A DNA stretch of 64,000 nt from a virus. Lineage: Duplodnaviria; Caudoviricetes. Within the stretch, counting starts at the first letter, position 1; every line of letters begins with the position of its first letter. The DNA lies in IMG/VR virus record IMGVR_UViG_3300042291_000844, positions 1 through 64,000 of that record; one strand, given 5' to 3'. The notes below the pieces were generated by a model. The model was not told where the DNA came from, made no database searches, and worked only from the letters and a program-made list of their open reading frames with translations. Both the position numbers and the translations under genes were made by a program. This document shows, piece after piece, positions 55,127 to 64,000 of this stretch.

Positions 55127-58100
55127 TTATGCGTAAAAAATACCTAATAATTGATTGAGAGAAGCGAACGCTCCTGTTAATTTGAATGTCTGTCCGTTAT
55201 ATACAAATACAATTCCTTCGATTGGTACGATTCTTTTAGCACCACCAATTGCATTTAATCTTTTAAGTTCTAATTTTAGTTTATCTATCTTTTTAGGGTC
55301 TCCACTTGCCTGAACATCCTTTATAGTTTGTTCTAAACGTTTCTTCATATCCCTTAGAGCGGAATCTGGATTAACTGTTAATACCGATGCGGTAAATTCT
55401 AATACATCTGCACCAACTCCTAAGAAAATATCTTCAAATTTCATTAAGTTATCTTTTGAAATACCCTTATGGTCTTCTTTATCTATCTTAGTAGCCCATG
55501 CAAGAGTTTTTTCATCCTTAATTGAATTCTTATCAATACGGAATCCCTTTTCGTTAAACGCCCATCTCTTAACTAACCCCATTTTAGTGGCGTTATCTAA
55601 TGTAGTTGGTGTTTTCTTATCTACAAAGTTCTCCCACCATGCTTGATGGTAATCGGCAACACCTGCAGTATCTCCTAATCCAAATTCTTTTTGCAATTTA
55701 GATATCATAGTAAGATACTTACCTTTCTTAGATGATAGGTCTTGTGATTTTGGTAACTTTAATACCGGTGGCCCTTGTAGTGTATACTTTGATTGAACAT
55801 CTGCGTTTACTTGTTTAAGCATTCCACCCAATACTCTACCTGCTTCTGCTGATTCCCCTATTGCATCACCATTCTCATCGTACTCCATTGTTCCGTGAAA
55901 TACTAATAGTGGTTGTCCGTAAGGAATGACGTTGACTGAGGTAGGATATATCACCTCTATGTTCATAAAACACGAACCATTCTTAAATACCTTATCTTTT
56001 TGTGATTGGGATAATGATTTTATAGCATTAGATAGGTCTTTCATCGCAAAATTGTAGGCATCAGTTAATTCACCTCTACCCGCAAACTTATCTGCTACTC
56101 CGTTGATATCTAACGCCCCTGCACCTTTGTTTTTCAAATGTGATTTGTTTCTTGCTGCTACTAATCTACCATCTATCCAACTAATTGCTAATGCTTGACC
56201 ATCGGTTTTCTCTCTAGCAAATTCTAAATTACCATCTAATGCACGATTTACGATATCTTTAAGTTGACCAAAGGTTAAATTGATTTCAGTATCAAATGGA
56301 TGATTCATATGTCCATATGCACCACCTTCCATTAGTAGGGATTCATTTATTGATTCCGTATTTAAAGATAATAAATCCCAATCTAATTCTTTACTATCAA
56401 AATCAATGCCATTACTATAAACATCTTTTACTATTACACCTACTTGTTTCATTTGGTTTGCTAAATCCTTAACAACATTTGGTTTCATATTAATAAGACT
56501 TACCGAACCTGCACCATTATATTCATACCCACTTCCCTCATATTTACGGAAACCTCTTACACTAGTACTATATGATTCTACTTTTTTTATACGATTCTTT
56601 TTAAAAATAGCATTTATTTCTTTTTTTACAATATTTCTTTCAGCTTCATTTATAGATTCGGTTGTAAATACAGGAGTAGATGATTTAAAATCAGCTTTTC
56701 TCATTATCGTCTTAGCAATCAATCTATCAGCCACTTTAATAAATGCTATATTGATATTTGATACTCTATCTTTAACTACAAACTCTTTATATTGTTTTAG
56801 AAACTCTAAAAATTTCTTTTTGTTTCTAGCCAATCTTTTAAATAATCCTGTTAATTCTGCAGGAGATATTTCTTTACCATTTCGTGGGTCGTTTAACCTT
56901 TGAAAGAAATGGTCAGTTTCCCTTCCTAAATCAACATCAGTTGGACTCATTTGTGAATCAGCATATTTTTCAACCGAATCCATATCAGTCTTAGCCATTT
57001 CAACTTTAACTTTTTCTCTTAATATTGCACTTTGAGATGAATAAAAGTATCTATCAATTAATTTATTTTCTACTTTTTTAAATCCTGCACTTTTATGACA
57101 ATTATGGAATGGGTTTTGTTGTTTCACCAAAAGTATTTGATGTGTTATCTCATGTAATATTGCCCTTTCTATATCAGTAACCTTACTCAAATCAAAGGTA
57201 ATGTATTCTGGTATAAATGTGTTAGAATCGTATGTAGTTGCAGCACCTGCACGACCAACTGAACCGAATTTAACTGCGATAGGTTTTATATTTAAATCTT
57301 TACAAATTGCTTTGTAGTAATTTACAACACTTTCTTTTTTAACTTCGGTGATAATACTCTCTTCAACTTTTTTTAATTTAGTATAATAGTTTTCATCCTC
57401 CCAAATATGGTCTTTTGCTATTTCAGTTGCAAACCGAATATCTGATGTGTGTTCCATTTCTACTTTAGCACCATCTTTGATTTTTTGTTTTATTACATCA
57501 ATTGTGGTGTTATATTTTGTAGCAAAATCATCTAATGTTTTATCAGTTGATAATCCACCGGGTATAACATCCGTTTGAACTGCTATTTCTTCCAAATCAT
57601 CTTCAAAATCTGGTTGACCCGAATCTTTTACTTTAAAATTAGCTTTTTTATTATCGTATTTTCTCGGATGTGTTCTTGCCCAATCTGCGTAATTATTAAC
57701 TGTTCCATCATAGTAATAATTTTCTTTAATATCACCCTTTTCATCTTTGTTAGAATTAAATGATTCTATTGCAGAAGCCATTACTTCATTTGGTATTTTT
57801 GCATTTTCTAATTTTTTACTTATGATAGCTATAAATTTTAACATATCCGCATCTGGTTCTTCCTCTCCTGCAAATAAGGCTGCTTTACCTGCCCCTACTG
57901 CAAGAGTTTCAACAACTACATGTGGAATAAATTCCATCATTACGTGTTTACCAAAAGCAACAGCTCCATGTGCCAATCCACCTCCCGCTGCACCAAATGC
58001 TGCTGCTAATGCAACTTTTTTTGCAACATTAATTAGGGCTTTCTTTTCTTCTTTTGATACCTCTTTACCACTAAAAAAGTTTTTAACGCCACTACCGGCT

Positions 58101-60670
58101 TCTTTAAACAAATGAACTTCGTGTTTGGCACCATATTTAATTGCTTCTATTGCACCTTTAGCTTTGTCTTTAACTGATTTAGCAAAACTTCTTCGTTCCG
58201 GTGATTCTCCTTTATGCACTTTTTGTATGAAAAATTGTTTTTCATCTAAACTCCAATTCTTCACACCATCTTTAATTTTTTGGAGAGCCATTGGAGCATT
58301 TTTATTTATATCCACCTTTGGACTAAGAGAATTAGGTACATTTTTATCTGTCTTTGGAGTATCTTGTGTATCTTTCTTTTTGTTTCGTTGTCTACGCAAA
58401 TCAACATGCGAATTACCAACGGGTGCAATTACTGTATATCCAGCATCTTCAGCCTCTTTGATTTTTCTATCTAATTCTTTTTGACGGAATCCATTGTATG
58501 CTTCTTGGGCTTTAAATATTTCAGTTTCACCATACCCATCATCATCTCTATAATTTAATTCGTAAAGGTCTTTTTGTTGTGCATCAGTTAGGTTATTCCA
58601 ATCAACCTCACCATCGAATTCTGAACTTCCACCTTTTTTTGCTTGGTCTATTAACCATTCTTTTCCTTCATCATCTAAATAATCATCAGGTGACATATTT
58701 TCATCAGGACCATCTTGTCCATACATATTTGACCACAATGCAGCTTTTGCTTTTGATTTACTACCACCTACCGATTTTGCTACTTCATCAAATACAGGCG
58801 ATTTATCATCCAATACATCTGCGTTTTCATCCCAACTACTTTCTTCCGCATTATCAAAATGTCCTTTTACTGCATTTCTAAATTCATTTTGTTCTCCACC
58901 AAATTCAATATTACCATTCTTATCTTTACTCATACCACCCTCACCCACAAACATTACTTTTGTATCTTTAGGTAAAGTTTTTATTTGTTCTATTGTTTCT
59001 TTATTACTTTTCTTTCTTTTTCCGTGTTCAACTCCAATAATCAATGAACCATTTGGTGTTACATCAATATCTAATTCTTCACCATTTTTTGTTTTTCTAT
59101 TCTTTAATTTATTTGCTACTTCAGCAGTATCAGATGATGATTTTGTAGGTTCTTGTTTTGGTTCTTCTTTAGGTTGTTTAACACTTTTATCGTGTTTAAA
59201 CATATCCGCCCCTTGTACTGCTTGACCAGTTGGTTTAGCTTCACCACCCTTATCATCTCCCCCAATAGGACTATATTTTCCACTATCATCTTTTTTAAAT
59301 AGTGGTGCACCTTCTACATCTTTTTTACTTTTTTCTTTGTATTTACCATATCCAACATGCACGTATTTATCATCTTCACCATCACTTTCAAATAGTGAAT
59401 CTAATAAATCAGAATAATCAGATATTAATTCTGAAATGGAGTCTTTTTGTTTTGCTTTCTTTTTCAATCTCTTTTCTGCCTTTTCAATTTTTTCAACTTC
59501 GTGAGTGACATCAACATCATCAAACCCAAGTGGATATGTAGTTGGTTTATTCAAATTTCTAGCGTTGTTTTTTGTTTTAATTTTAAAGGTTATTTGGTTT
59601 TCATCATCTGATGCATATATTGCATCTGCTTTTGGAAAATCAGTTTGGGTATATCCTCCTCTAACAAACCAATCATCACTACTATTAACTCCATCATCAC
59701 CACCCAATACTCTTGCCTTACCTTTTGGTAGATATCCACCATCGGGTTGTGAATCATCACCGCCAGAGACAGTTGCTGCCTCTTTAAAAATATTTTGTTT
59801 TGGTAGAATTCTAAATGTAGCCACTTTTTTACCATTAATCGTTGGCATTCCATGTTCATCTTTACCAATTGTTTTAACTACTGTTTTTTTATTTTTAAAT
59901 TTACCCATTAATATAGTATCACCTATATTAACATCCAATTTAATTTCTTCGTTTACTTCATCTTCATCATCTAACTTCTTACGCATCTTTTTCACATCTT
60001 CAGGTTTCGGTGCACCATTAATCGTACCATTTGGTAATGATATTCCGATACCCGTTCCACCTGGCATTCCTTCACTCATAGTTTTAAGTTTAAGAGTAAT
60101 CAGTTTGAATATTTTTTCATCAAACTTTGGATATGCTTTTAAGAATCCAGCCTTTTGTTGTTCTTCATCGCCCTTACTTAACCAATTTCGTACATTAGTA
60201 CCTGATATTGGGTTTGATTGTGATGGGGATACATACACATAACCCCTTTCTTTATATCCTTGTTCTATTTTACCTTTATATTTCTCAAAATACTTTCCAC
60301 CCAATCTCATCTCATCTTTTTCACCAACAACACTTATATAACCAGTTGTAGTTTCATCAAAGTTTTTTAAGATTTCAGTAGGTGCATAAGGATTTTTAAT
60401 CTCAACTATTTTGTTTGGTGGAATACCAAACATTTTAGTCATTATTATTTTCTTTTCCTTAAAATTAAATGGAGATTGTCTATTATCGGTTTTATTAGAT
60501 GTACCAATAAACACTTTATCCTTACCAAACTTTTTACAAAGATTCTGATAAGTTGCGTAGTGGCCCTTATGAAAAGGTTGGAATCTACCTGAATATACTA
60601 CAACAAAGTTGTGTAATTCGGTATCTTCTAATAAAATTTGATTGACAAGATATTGACTTAGTTCATTCAT
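55127..60670 (-). CDS. 1847-aa multidomain protein: HIGH nucleotidyltransferase, low-complexity region, DUF5661-like, SprT-like HExxH, C-terminal ligase-like (KxDG) domain
   Basis: SGRFQPFHKGH (60560-60592); VEMEHT...AKDH..ED..YY; HEITH (57140-57154); EKTDGQ (56195-56212); EGIVF...K (55205-55219). Confidence 0.75.
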   Translation of the reverse strand: MNELSQYLVNQILLEDTELHNFVVVYSGRFQPFHKGHYATYQNLCKKFGKDKVFIGTSNKTDNRQSPFNFKEKKIIMTKMFGIPPNKIVEIKNPYAPTEILKNFDETTTGYISVVGEKDEMRLGGKYFEKYKGKIEQGYKERGYVYVSPSQSNPISGTNVRNWLSKGDEEQQKAGFLKAYPKFDEKIFKLITLKLKTMSEGMPGGTGIGISLPNGTINGAPKPEDVKKMRKKLDDEDEVNEEIKLDVNIGDTILMGKFKNKKTVVKTIGKDEHGMPTINGKKVATFRILPKQNIFKEAATVSGGDDSQPDGGYLPKGKARVLGGDDGVNSSDDWFVRGGYTQTDFPKADAIYASDDENQITFKIKTKNNARNLNKPTTYPLGFDDVDVTHEVEKIEKAEKRLKKKAKQKDSISELISDYSDLLDSLFESDGEDDKYVHVGYGKYKEKSKKDVEGAPLFKKDDSGKYSPIGGDDKGGEAKPTGQAVQGADMFKHDKSVKQPKEEPKQEPTKSSSDTAEVANKLKNRKTKNGEELDIDVTPNGSLIIGVEHGKRKKSNKETIEQIKTLPKDTKVMFVGEGGMSKDKNGNIEFGGEQNEFRNAVKGHFDNAEESSWDENADVLDDKSPVFDEVAKSVGGSKSKAKAALWSNMYGQDGPDENMSPDDYLDDEGKEWLIDQAKKGGSSEFDGEVDWNNLTDAQQKDLYELNYRDDDGYGETEIFKAQEAYNGFRQKELDRKIKEAEDAGYTVIAPVGNSHVDLRRQRNKKKDTQDTPKTDKNVPNSLSPKVDINKNAPMALQKIKDGVKNWSLDEKQFFIQKVHKGESPERRSFAKSVKDKAKGAIEAIKYGAKHEVHLFKEAGSGVKNFFSGKEVSKEEKKALINVAKKVALAAAFGAAGGGLAHGAVAFGKHVMMEFIPHVVVETLAVGAGKAALFAGEEEPDADMLKFIAIISKKLENAKIPNEVMASAIESFNSNKDEKGDIKENYYYDGTVNNYADWARTHPRKYDNKKANFKVKDSGQPDFEDDLEEIAVQTDVIPGGLSTDKTLDDFATKYNTTIDVIKQKIKDGAKVEMEHTSDIRFATEIAKDHIWEDENYYTKLKKVEESIITEVKKESVVNYYKAICKDLNIKPIAVKFGSVGRAGAATTYDSNTFIPEYITFDLSKVTDIERAILHEITHQILLVKQQNPFHNCHKSAGFKKVENKLIDRYFYSSQSAILREKVKVEMAKTDMDSVEKYADSQMSPTDVDLGRETDHFFQRLNDPRNGKEISPAELTGLFKRLARNKKKFLEFLKQYKEFVVKDRVSNINIAFIKVADRLIAKTIMRKADFKSSTPVFTTESINEAERNIVKKEINAIFKKNRIKKVESYSTSVRGFRKYEGSGYEYNGAGSVSLINMKPNVVKDLANQMKQVGVIVKDVYSNGIDFDSKELDWDLLSLNTESINESLLMEGGAYGHMNHPFDTEINLTFGQLKDIVNRALDGNLEFAREKTDGQALAISWIDGRLVAARNKSHLKNKGAGALDINGVADKFAGRGELTDAYNFAMKDLSNAIKSLSQSQKDKVFKNGSCFMNIEVIYPTSVNVIPYGQPLLVFHGTMEYDENGDAIGESAEAGRVLGGMLKQVNADVQSKYTLQGPPVLKLPKSQDLSSKKGKYLTMISKLQKEFGLGDTAGVADYHQAWWENFVDKKTPTTLDNATKMGLVKRWAFNEKGFRIDKNSIKDEKTLAWATKIDKEDHKGISKDNLMKFEDIFLGVGADVLEFTASVLTVNPDSALRDMKKRLEQTIKDVQASGDPKKIDKLKLELKRLNAIGGAKRIVPIEGIVFVYNGQTFKLTGAFASLNQLLGIFYA

Positions 60671-60691
60671 TTGTGTAGTACTCTATTAGTG

Positions 60692-60699
60692 TATAAATA
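60692..60699 (-). promoter_or_regulatory. Late-type motif
   Basis: Plus-strand TATAAATA upstream of the 1847-aa gene. Confidence 0.6.
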
Positions 60700-60714
60700 T
60701 GAATGAGTTAAGAA

Positions 60715-60843
60715 TTAATGATTTTTATAAACGAATGGGTCTCTTTTACGGAGTTCTTCTAACTTTTTTTTATATAATTCTGCTTGTTTCTTTTTATTTC
60801 TTTTTTTGTTAAAGAAATCTAATATTTTTTTAAATAGTTTCAT
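60715..60843 (-). CDS. Small basic protein missing from the ORF track (42 aa)
   Basis: Manual translation MKLFKKILDFFNKKRNKKKQAELYKKKLEELRKRDPFVYKNH*; fills the gap. Confidence 0.6.
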   Translation of the reverse strand: MKLFKKILDFFNKKRNKKKQAELYKKKLEELRKRDPFVYKNH

Positions 60844-60849
60844 ATTTTT

Positions 60850-61560
60850 TTAATTTTGAGTTTTAGTTTCTTTCCAATATGTTCTAAATACATGTCTATT
60901 CCAATTTTTAATTTCAGTAACCGAATGTTGTATACCCATTTTATTAAAATACGAATCAAATACAATTAATTGATTTTTTTTGGGTCTATGTGTATAAATT
61001 ATATTATTTTTAATAACCTCTGGACTTTCGGATTCGGTTACATCACTATAAAATACAATTTCACCACCCTCATCCTCATCTTTCATTTCATTTAAATACA
61101 ATGTAGTTGTACAAATTCGTGGATTGGATTCTGGACTAGTATCAGAATGGATATTCATTATATGACCAGGTAGATATGTGAGTACATCTTGATGTTCTGC
61201 TTTTAAATTATTAATATGTTCTGTATATATACTTTCTAAATAAACACTTATGTGTTTGTTAGTAGTATTCAATAAAGTACGGTCACATGGACTTTCAATA
61301 TCTTTTCTATTAATTCGTTTACTACCAATATTTTTAAAATTATTCCATATATATGCTTCATCTTCATTTAAATTGGTAATCAATTTATTAAATGACATAT
61401 TATTGTTTGGATTTTCATAATCATGCAATCCAAATCGTGCAACAAAATTTTTTTCTTCAATATGTTTTTGACAATCTTCTAATAACAAATCTAAGATTGA
61501 TTCATCTAATGCGTTTTCGAATATAAAAACTTTATTATTTATATTTTTGATAAGTTTCAT
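60850..61560 (-). CDS. 2OG-Fe(II) oxygenase (prolyl-hydroxylase-like)
   Basis: IHSD, TTTLYLN....GGEIVF, QHSVT....R motifs. Confidence 0.85.
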   Translation of the reverse strand: MKLIKNINNKVFIFENALDESILDLLLEDCQKHIEEKNFVARFGLHDYENPNNNMSFNKLITNLNEDEAYIWNNFKNIGSKRINRKDIESPCDRTLLNTTNKHISVYLESIYTEHINNLKAEHQDVLTYLPGHIMNIHSDTSPESNPRICTTTLYLNEMKDEDEGGEIVFYSDVTESESPEVIKNNIIYTHRPKKNQLIVFDSYFNKMGIQHSVTEIKNWNRHVFRTYWKETKTQN

Positions 61561-63006
61561 TTAAAGTAAATCTACTAATTCTCCATTTATTATTTTATTT
61601 AAATTCTTTACATATATATCTGGAACCAATTTATCATTAAATTTCATTAAATGTGTTCTATTATGTTCTAATATATATGCCATTTTTGAAATCATAATAT
61701 CCCATTCTTCATTTGATACTAAAATTAATTTTTTTATAATTTCGTATACAGCTATAATTCTATCACTATTGTTTTCTATATCATCATAACTTTCATCCCA
61801 AAAATCAGAGAAAGTTTTAAATCCCAGTTTTTTTAATTTTTTTAAAATATGGGGTCTTCCCAACATAACAAATGGATGTAAATGTGCTATTGGTTTTAAG
61901 GTTTTTTCGGATATATAATTTCCTGCTTCATAGAAAAGAGTTTCGGGTACAATACTGAAATAGGTTTCTTCATATGGTTTTTTAGTTTCAAATGCAAATC
62001 CCCATACTGATTCAATATCATCATAATCAACTATTTGTTTTTTTATTTTAGTTAATCCGTGAAACCCAGTACTCATTTTTACACGAGTTTGGTAATCAGT
62101 TAAATATGGTTTATCATCATACCCACCACCACTTACTAAATCCAATCCAGCATCTTGTGTGTACAATAATTTCATATCAAACGATGATAATGTACTATCT
62201 AATAATTTATCATTTTGTAATAGGGAAAGAATGATTAATCGGTGTGGTCTAAGTCTCCTATTTAGCATCAAACACTTCTTTTTTCTATTCTTTATTTTAA
62301 AATAATCCGTTGTTTTACTAATTGAATTTTTATTAGTACTACCATTAAATGATAGTTCAGTATTTCCTCTCATTAAATCAACTGTTTCTTTTCCTTTTGC
62401 AAAGAATGGCCAGGGATAACAAGTCGTTTTTAATTTGAATTTTGGATTTTTATCTTTTACATAATATTCAGTATACAATTCAGTTGTATTAACTGCCGAA
62501 GTAATAAAAATTACTTTAGATGGACATATATTATGGGTTTCGCACGCAGTATGTATGTTGTAAAAAATATCTGGTTTTATATCACCCTCACTACTATAAT
62601 CAAAAATTAAATAAAAATTCTTAGCTTTTAAATATTGTTTAGCTCTTTCAGATATAAAATCAAAAACATGCTGATTCTGATGATATGTAAAATCTTGACC
62701 CGTAGCAACTAATACATTTCCGAATGGAGTAATAGTGTAAAAATAATTATCAGTTGGATTGCCAACTATATTAGTTTCTTCATCATATCTTAAATCAAAA
62801 ATATGAATATCAGTAATATTAAAAGGGCCGATGTTTAGATTACAATCATATACTGCTATTTGTAAATATTTTTTATTAAATTCATCAATAAAAATATTAT
62901 CAATATAAAAATTACAATCCCACATATCGGATGTGTATTTATAATTTACACCATTTGGTATAAACCCACTTGGTCCAATAAAATCAAAAACTCTATTAAT
63001 TTGCAT
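61561..63006 (-). CDS. Hypothetical protein, possibly a glycan-modifying enzyme
   Basis: 481 aa; LNRR.RPHR...FSIVPET......ISEKT.KPI....PF....F.TF..FWDESYD; adjacent to sugar genes. Confidence 0.6.
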   Translation of the reverse strand: MQINRVFDFIGPSGFIPNGVNYKYTSDMWDCNFYIDNIFIDEFNKKYLQIAVYDCNLNIGPFNITDIHIFDLRYDEETNIVGNPTDNYFYTITPFGNVLVATGQDFTYHQNQHVFDFISERAKQYLKAKNFYLIFDYSSEGDIKPDIFYNIHTACETHNICPSKVIFITSAVNTTELYTEYYVKDKNPKFKLKTTCYPWPFFAKGKETVDLMRGNTELSFNGSTNKNSISKTTDYFKIKNRKKKCLMLNRRLRPHRLIILSLLQNDKLLDSTLSSFDMKLLYTQDAGLDLVSGGGYDDKPYLTDYQTRVKMSTGFHGLTKIKKQIVDYDDIESVWGFAFETKKPYEETYFSIVPETLFYEAGNYISEKTLKPIAHLHPFVMLGRPHILKKLKKLGFKTFSDFWDESYDDIENNSDRIIAVYEIIKKLILVSNEEWDIMISKMAYILEHNRTHLMKFNDKLVPDIYVKNLNKIINGELVDLL

Positions 63007-63544
63007 AGTATAACTCTGGATATTCTGCTAACACATGAATACCAATATTTTCAGTTGCGTATTTATAAGATAATTCAACATCTTGCCAAGTCTTTAAATC
63101 ATGAAATTCTATATTAGGACACATTGATTTAAATTCATCTATATAATTTCCTTTATGTTGATGACCAGGGTCTAATGGTTTATCTGAGCCCTTGCCTACT
63201 CTAATTAGGATATGTGGATTCCATTGACCATTAGACATTTTTTTAATTTTATCTAAATGATTTACCAATTGGTTTCCTGCACATATTACAAAATCCCAAC
63301 GTGGATAAAATGAAACTACTTTATGTCCCGTCATTGCCAATCCCAAACTCATTCCCATTTGAGTTTCTTCCATAACAGGAACTTCAATCATTCGTTCTTT
63401 TGGTAACCCATCAATCGTTTTTGACATTGGATTTCCATAATAAACAATTTGTTGACCAATTAGGATTGTGCTTTCATCATCCATTAATGTTTTCATTGCA
63501 GTTGTTAATGCATCAACATATGGTGTAAACTGAGGTGTACTCAT
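62996..63544 (-). CDS. TPP-dependent transketolase/E1-beta pyrimidine-binding domain protein
   Basis: ERMIEVPVMEETQMGMSLGLAMTG...V...P..DF...AGNQLVN...PG.QH. Confidence 0.85.
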   Translation of the reverse strand: MSTPQFTPYVDALTTAMKTLMDDESTILIGQQIVYYGNPMSKTIDGLPKERMIEVPVMEETQMGMSLGLAMTGHKVVSFYPRWDFVICAGNQLVNHLDKIKKMSNGQWNPHILIRVGKGSDKPLDPGHQHKGNYIDEFKSMCPNIEFHDLKTWQDVELSYKYATENIGIHVLAEYPELYYAN

Positions 63545-64000
63545 TATGGTTTTGAATTTGGATTAAATTGATTTTTATTTTCTTTATACCATTTAAGAGC
63601 ATCAGTCAATCCACTTTTCAAATCATACTTTGGTTTCCAACCCAATGATTTTAATTTAGTGTTATCAAGTAATCTAACGGGTATCATTGGTGCTTTATTA
63701 TTTACATACTCAATTGGGTTAATATTACCTTCAATCTCTTTAATCGTATCTAAAACTTCATTTACAGTATATCCCTCACCATATGATACATTGTATACAT
63801 CATAAGTGTGAACGTTTTCTGCTACACATATAAATCCACTAACCATATCGTCCACATGAATTACATCTCTAACTTCACTACCATCACCCCATACTGGTAT
63901 TGGGTTTAGGTTATCCGCCACCTTTCTAATATTTGCGGGGGTAACGTGACATTTTTCATAATCAAATTTATCATTTGGGCCGAATGCATTTGAAGGTCTG
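63544..64000 (-). CDS. NAD-dependent epimerase/reductase (GDP-fucose synthase-like), 5'-truncated by the window end
   Basis: Frame is open to the edge: RPSNAFGPNDKFDYEKCHVTPANIRK...VWGDGSEVRDVIHVDD...YNV...LLDNTKL..LGW.P. Confidence 0.88.
   Translation of the reverse strand, partial: RPSNAFGPNDKFDYEKCHVTPANIRKVADNLNPIPVWGDGSEVRDVIHVDDMVSGFICVAENVHTYDVYNVSYGEGYTVNEVLDTIKEIEGNINPIEYVNNKAPMIPVRLLDNTKLKSLGWKPKYDLKSGLTDALKWYKENKNQFNPNSKP

Noticed and set aside
19071-59868. Short out-of-frame minus-strand ORFs (19071-19274, 41960-42178, 44113-44298, 53693-53929, 59116-59310, 59590-59868)
   Set aside because: They are nested in or overlap conserved genes in another frame, with implausible composition.
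5384-60242. Plus-strand ORFs in the track (e.g. 5384-5680, 10833-11219, 22601-23056, 43650-44045, 45604-46179, 59505-60242)
   Set aside because: All lie antisense to well-supported minus-strand genes, have no recognisable motifs or RBS, and look like codon-bias shadows.
1-64000. Stop-codon reassignment (code 15 or 4)
   Set aside because: All conserved genes are intact under code 11. TAA dominates, but TGA (225, 35007, 35336) and TAG (14678) are used as genuine stops.

Overview
AT-rich 64 kb segment of a large T4-like contractile-tailed (myovirus) phage, probably infecting Bacteroidota. Essentially all real genes are on the minus strand. In transcription order (high to low coordinates) it holds: sugar-nucleotide/2OG-oxygenase genes; a 1847-aa multidomain protein; terminase, portal, a cluster of Glu-delimited modular putative internal head proteins, prohead protease, ribosomal protein bS21, scaffold and major capsid; a nested cassette of five small genes with host-type promoters; neck and tail-completion genes; about 19 kb of Ser/Thr-rich repeat fibre genes with lectin-like proteins, a GT-B glycosyltransferase and a Hint-FN3 protein; then sheath, tube, chaperone pair, tape measure and baseplate. 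The best leads are (1) a phage bS21 combined with strong Shine-Dalgarno sites on the abundant structural genes but not on bS21 or the small early genes, suggesting a late translational switch; (2) ESVNE-delimited cassette polyproteins with T4-like capsid-targeting N-termini; (3) a candidate +1 frameshift in the tail chaperone; (4) a Hint domain in a virion-cluster protein; (5) possible virion glycosylation. All assignments come from motifs and synteny read by eye; no database searches were run.
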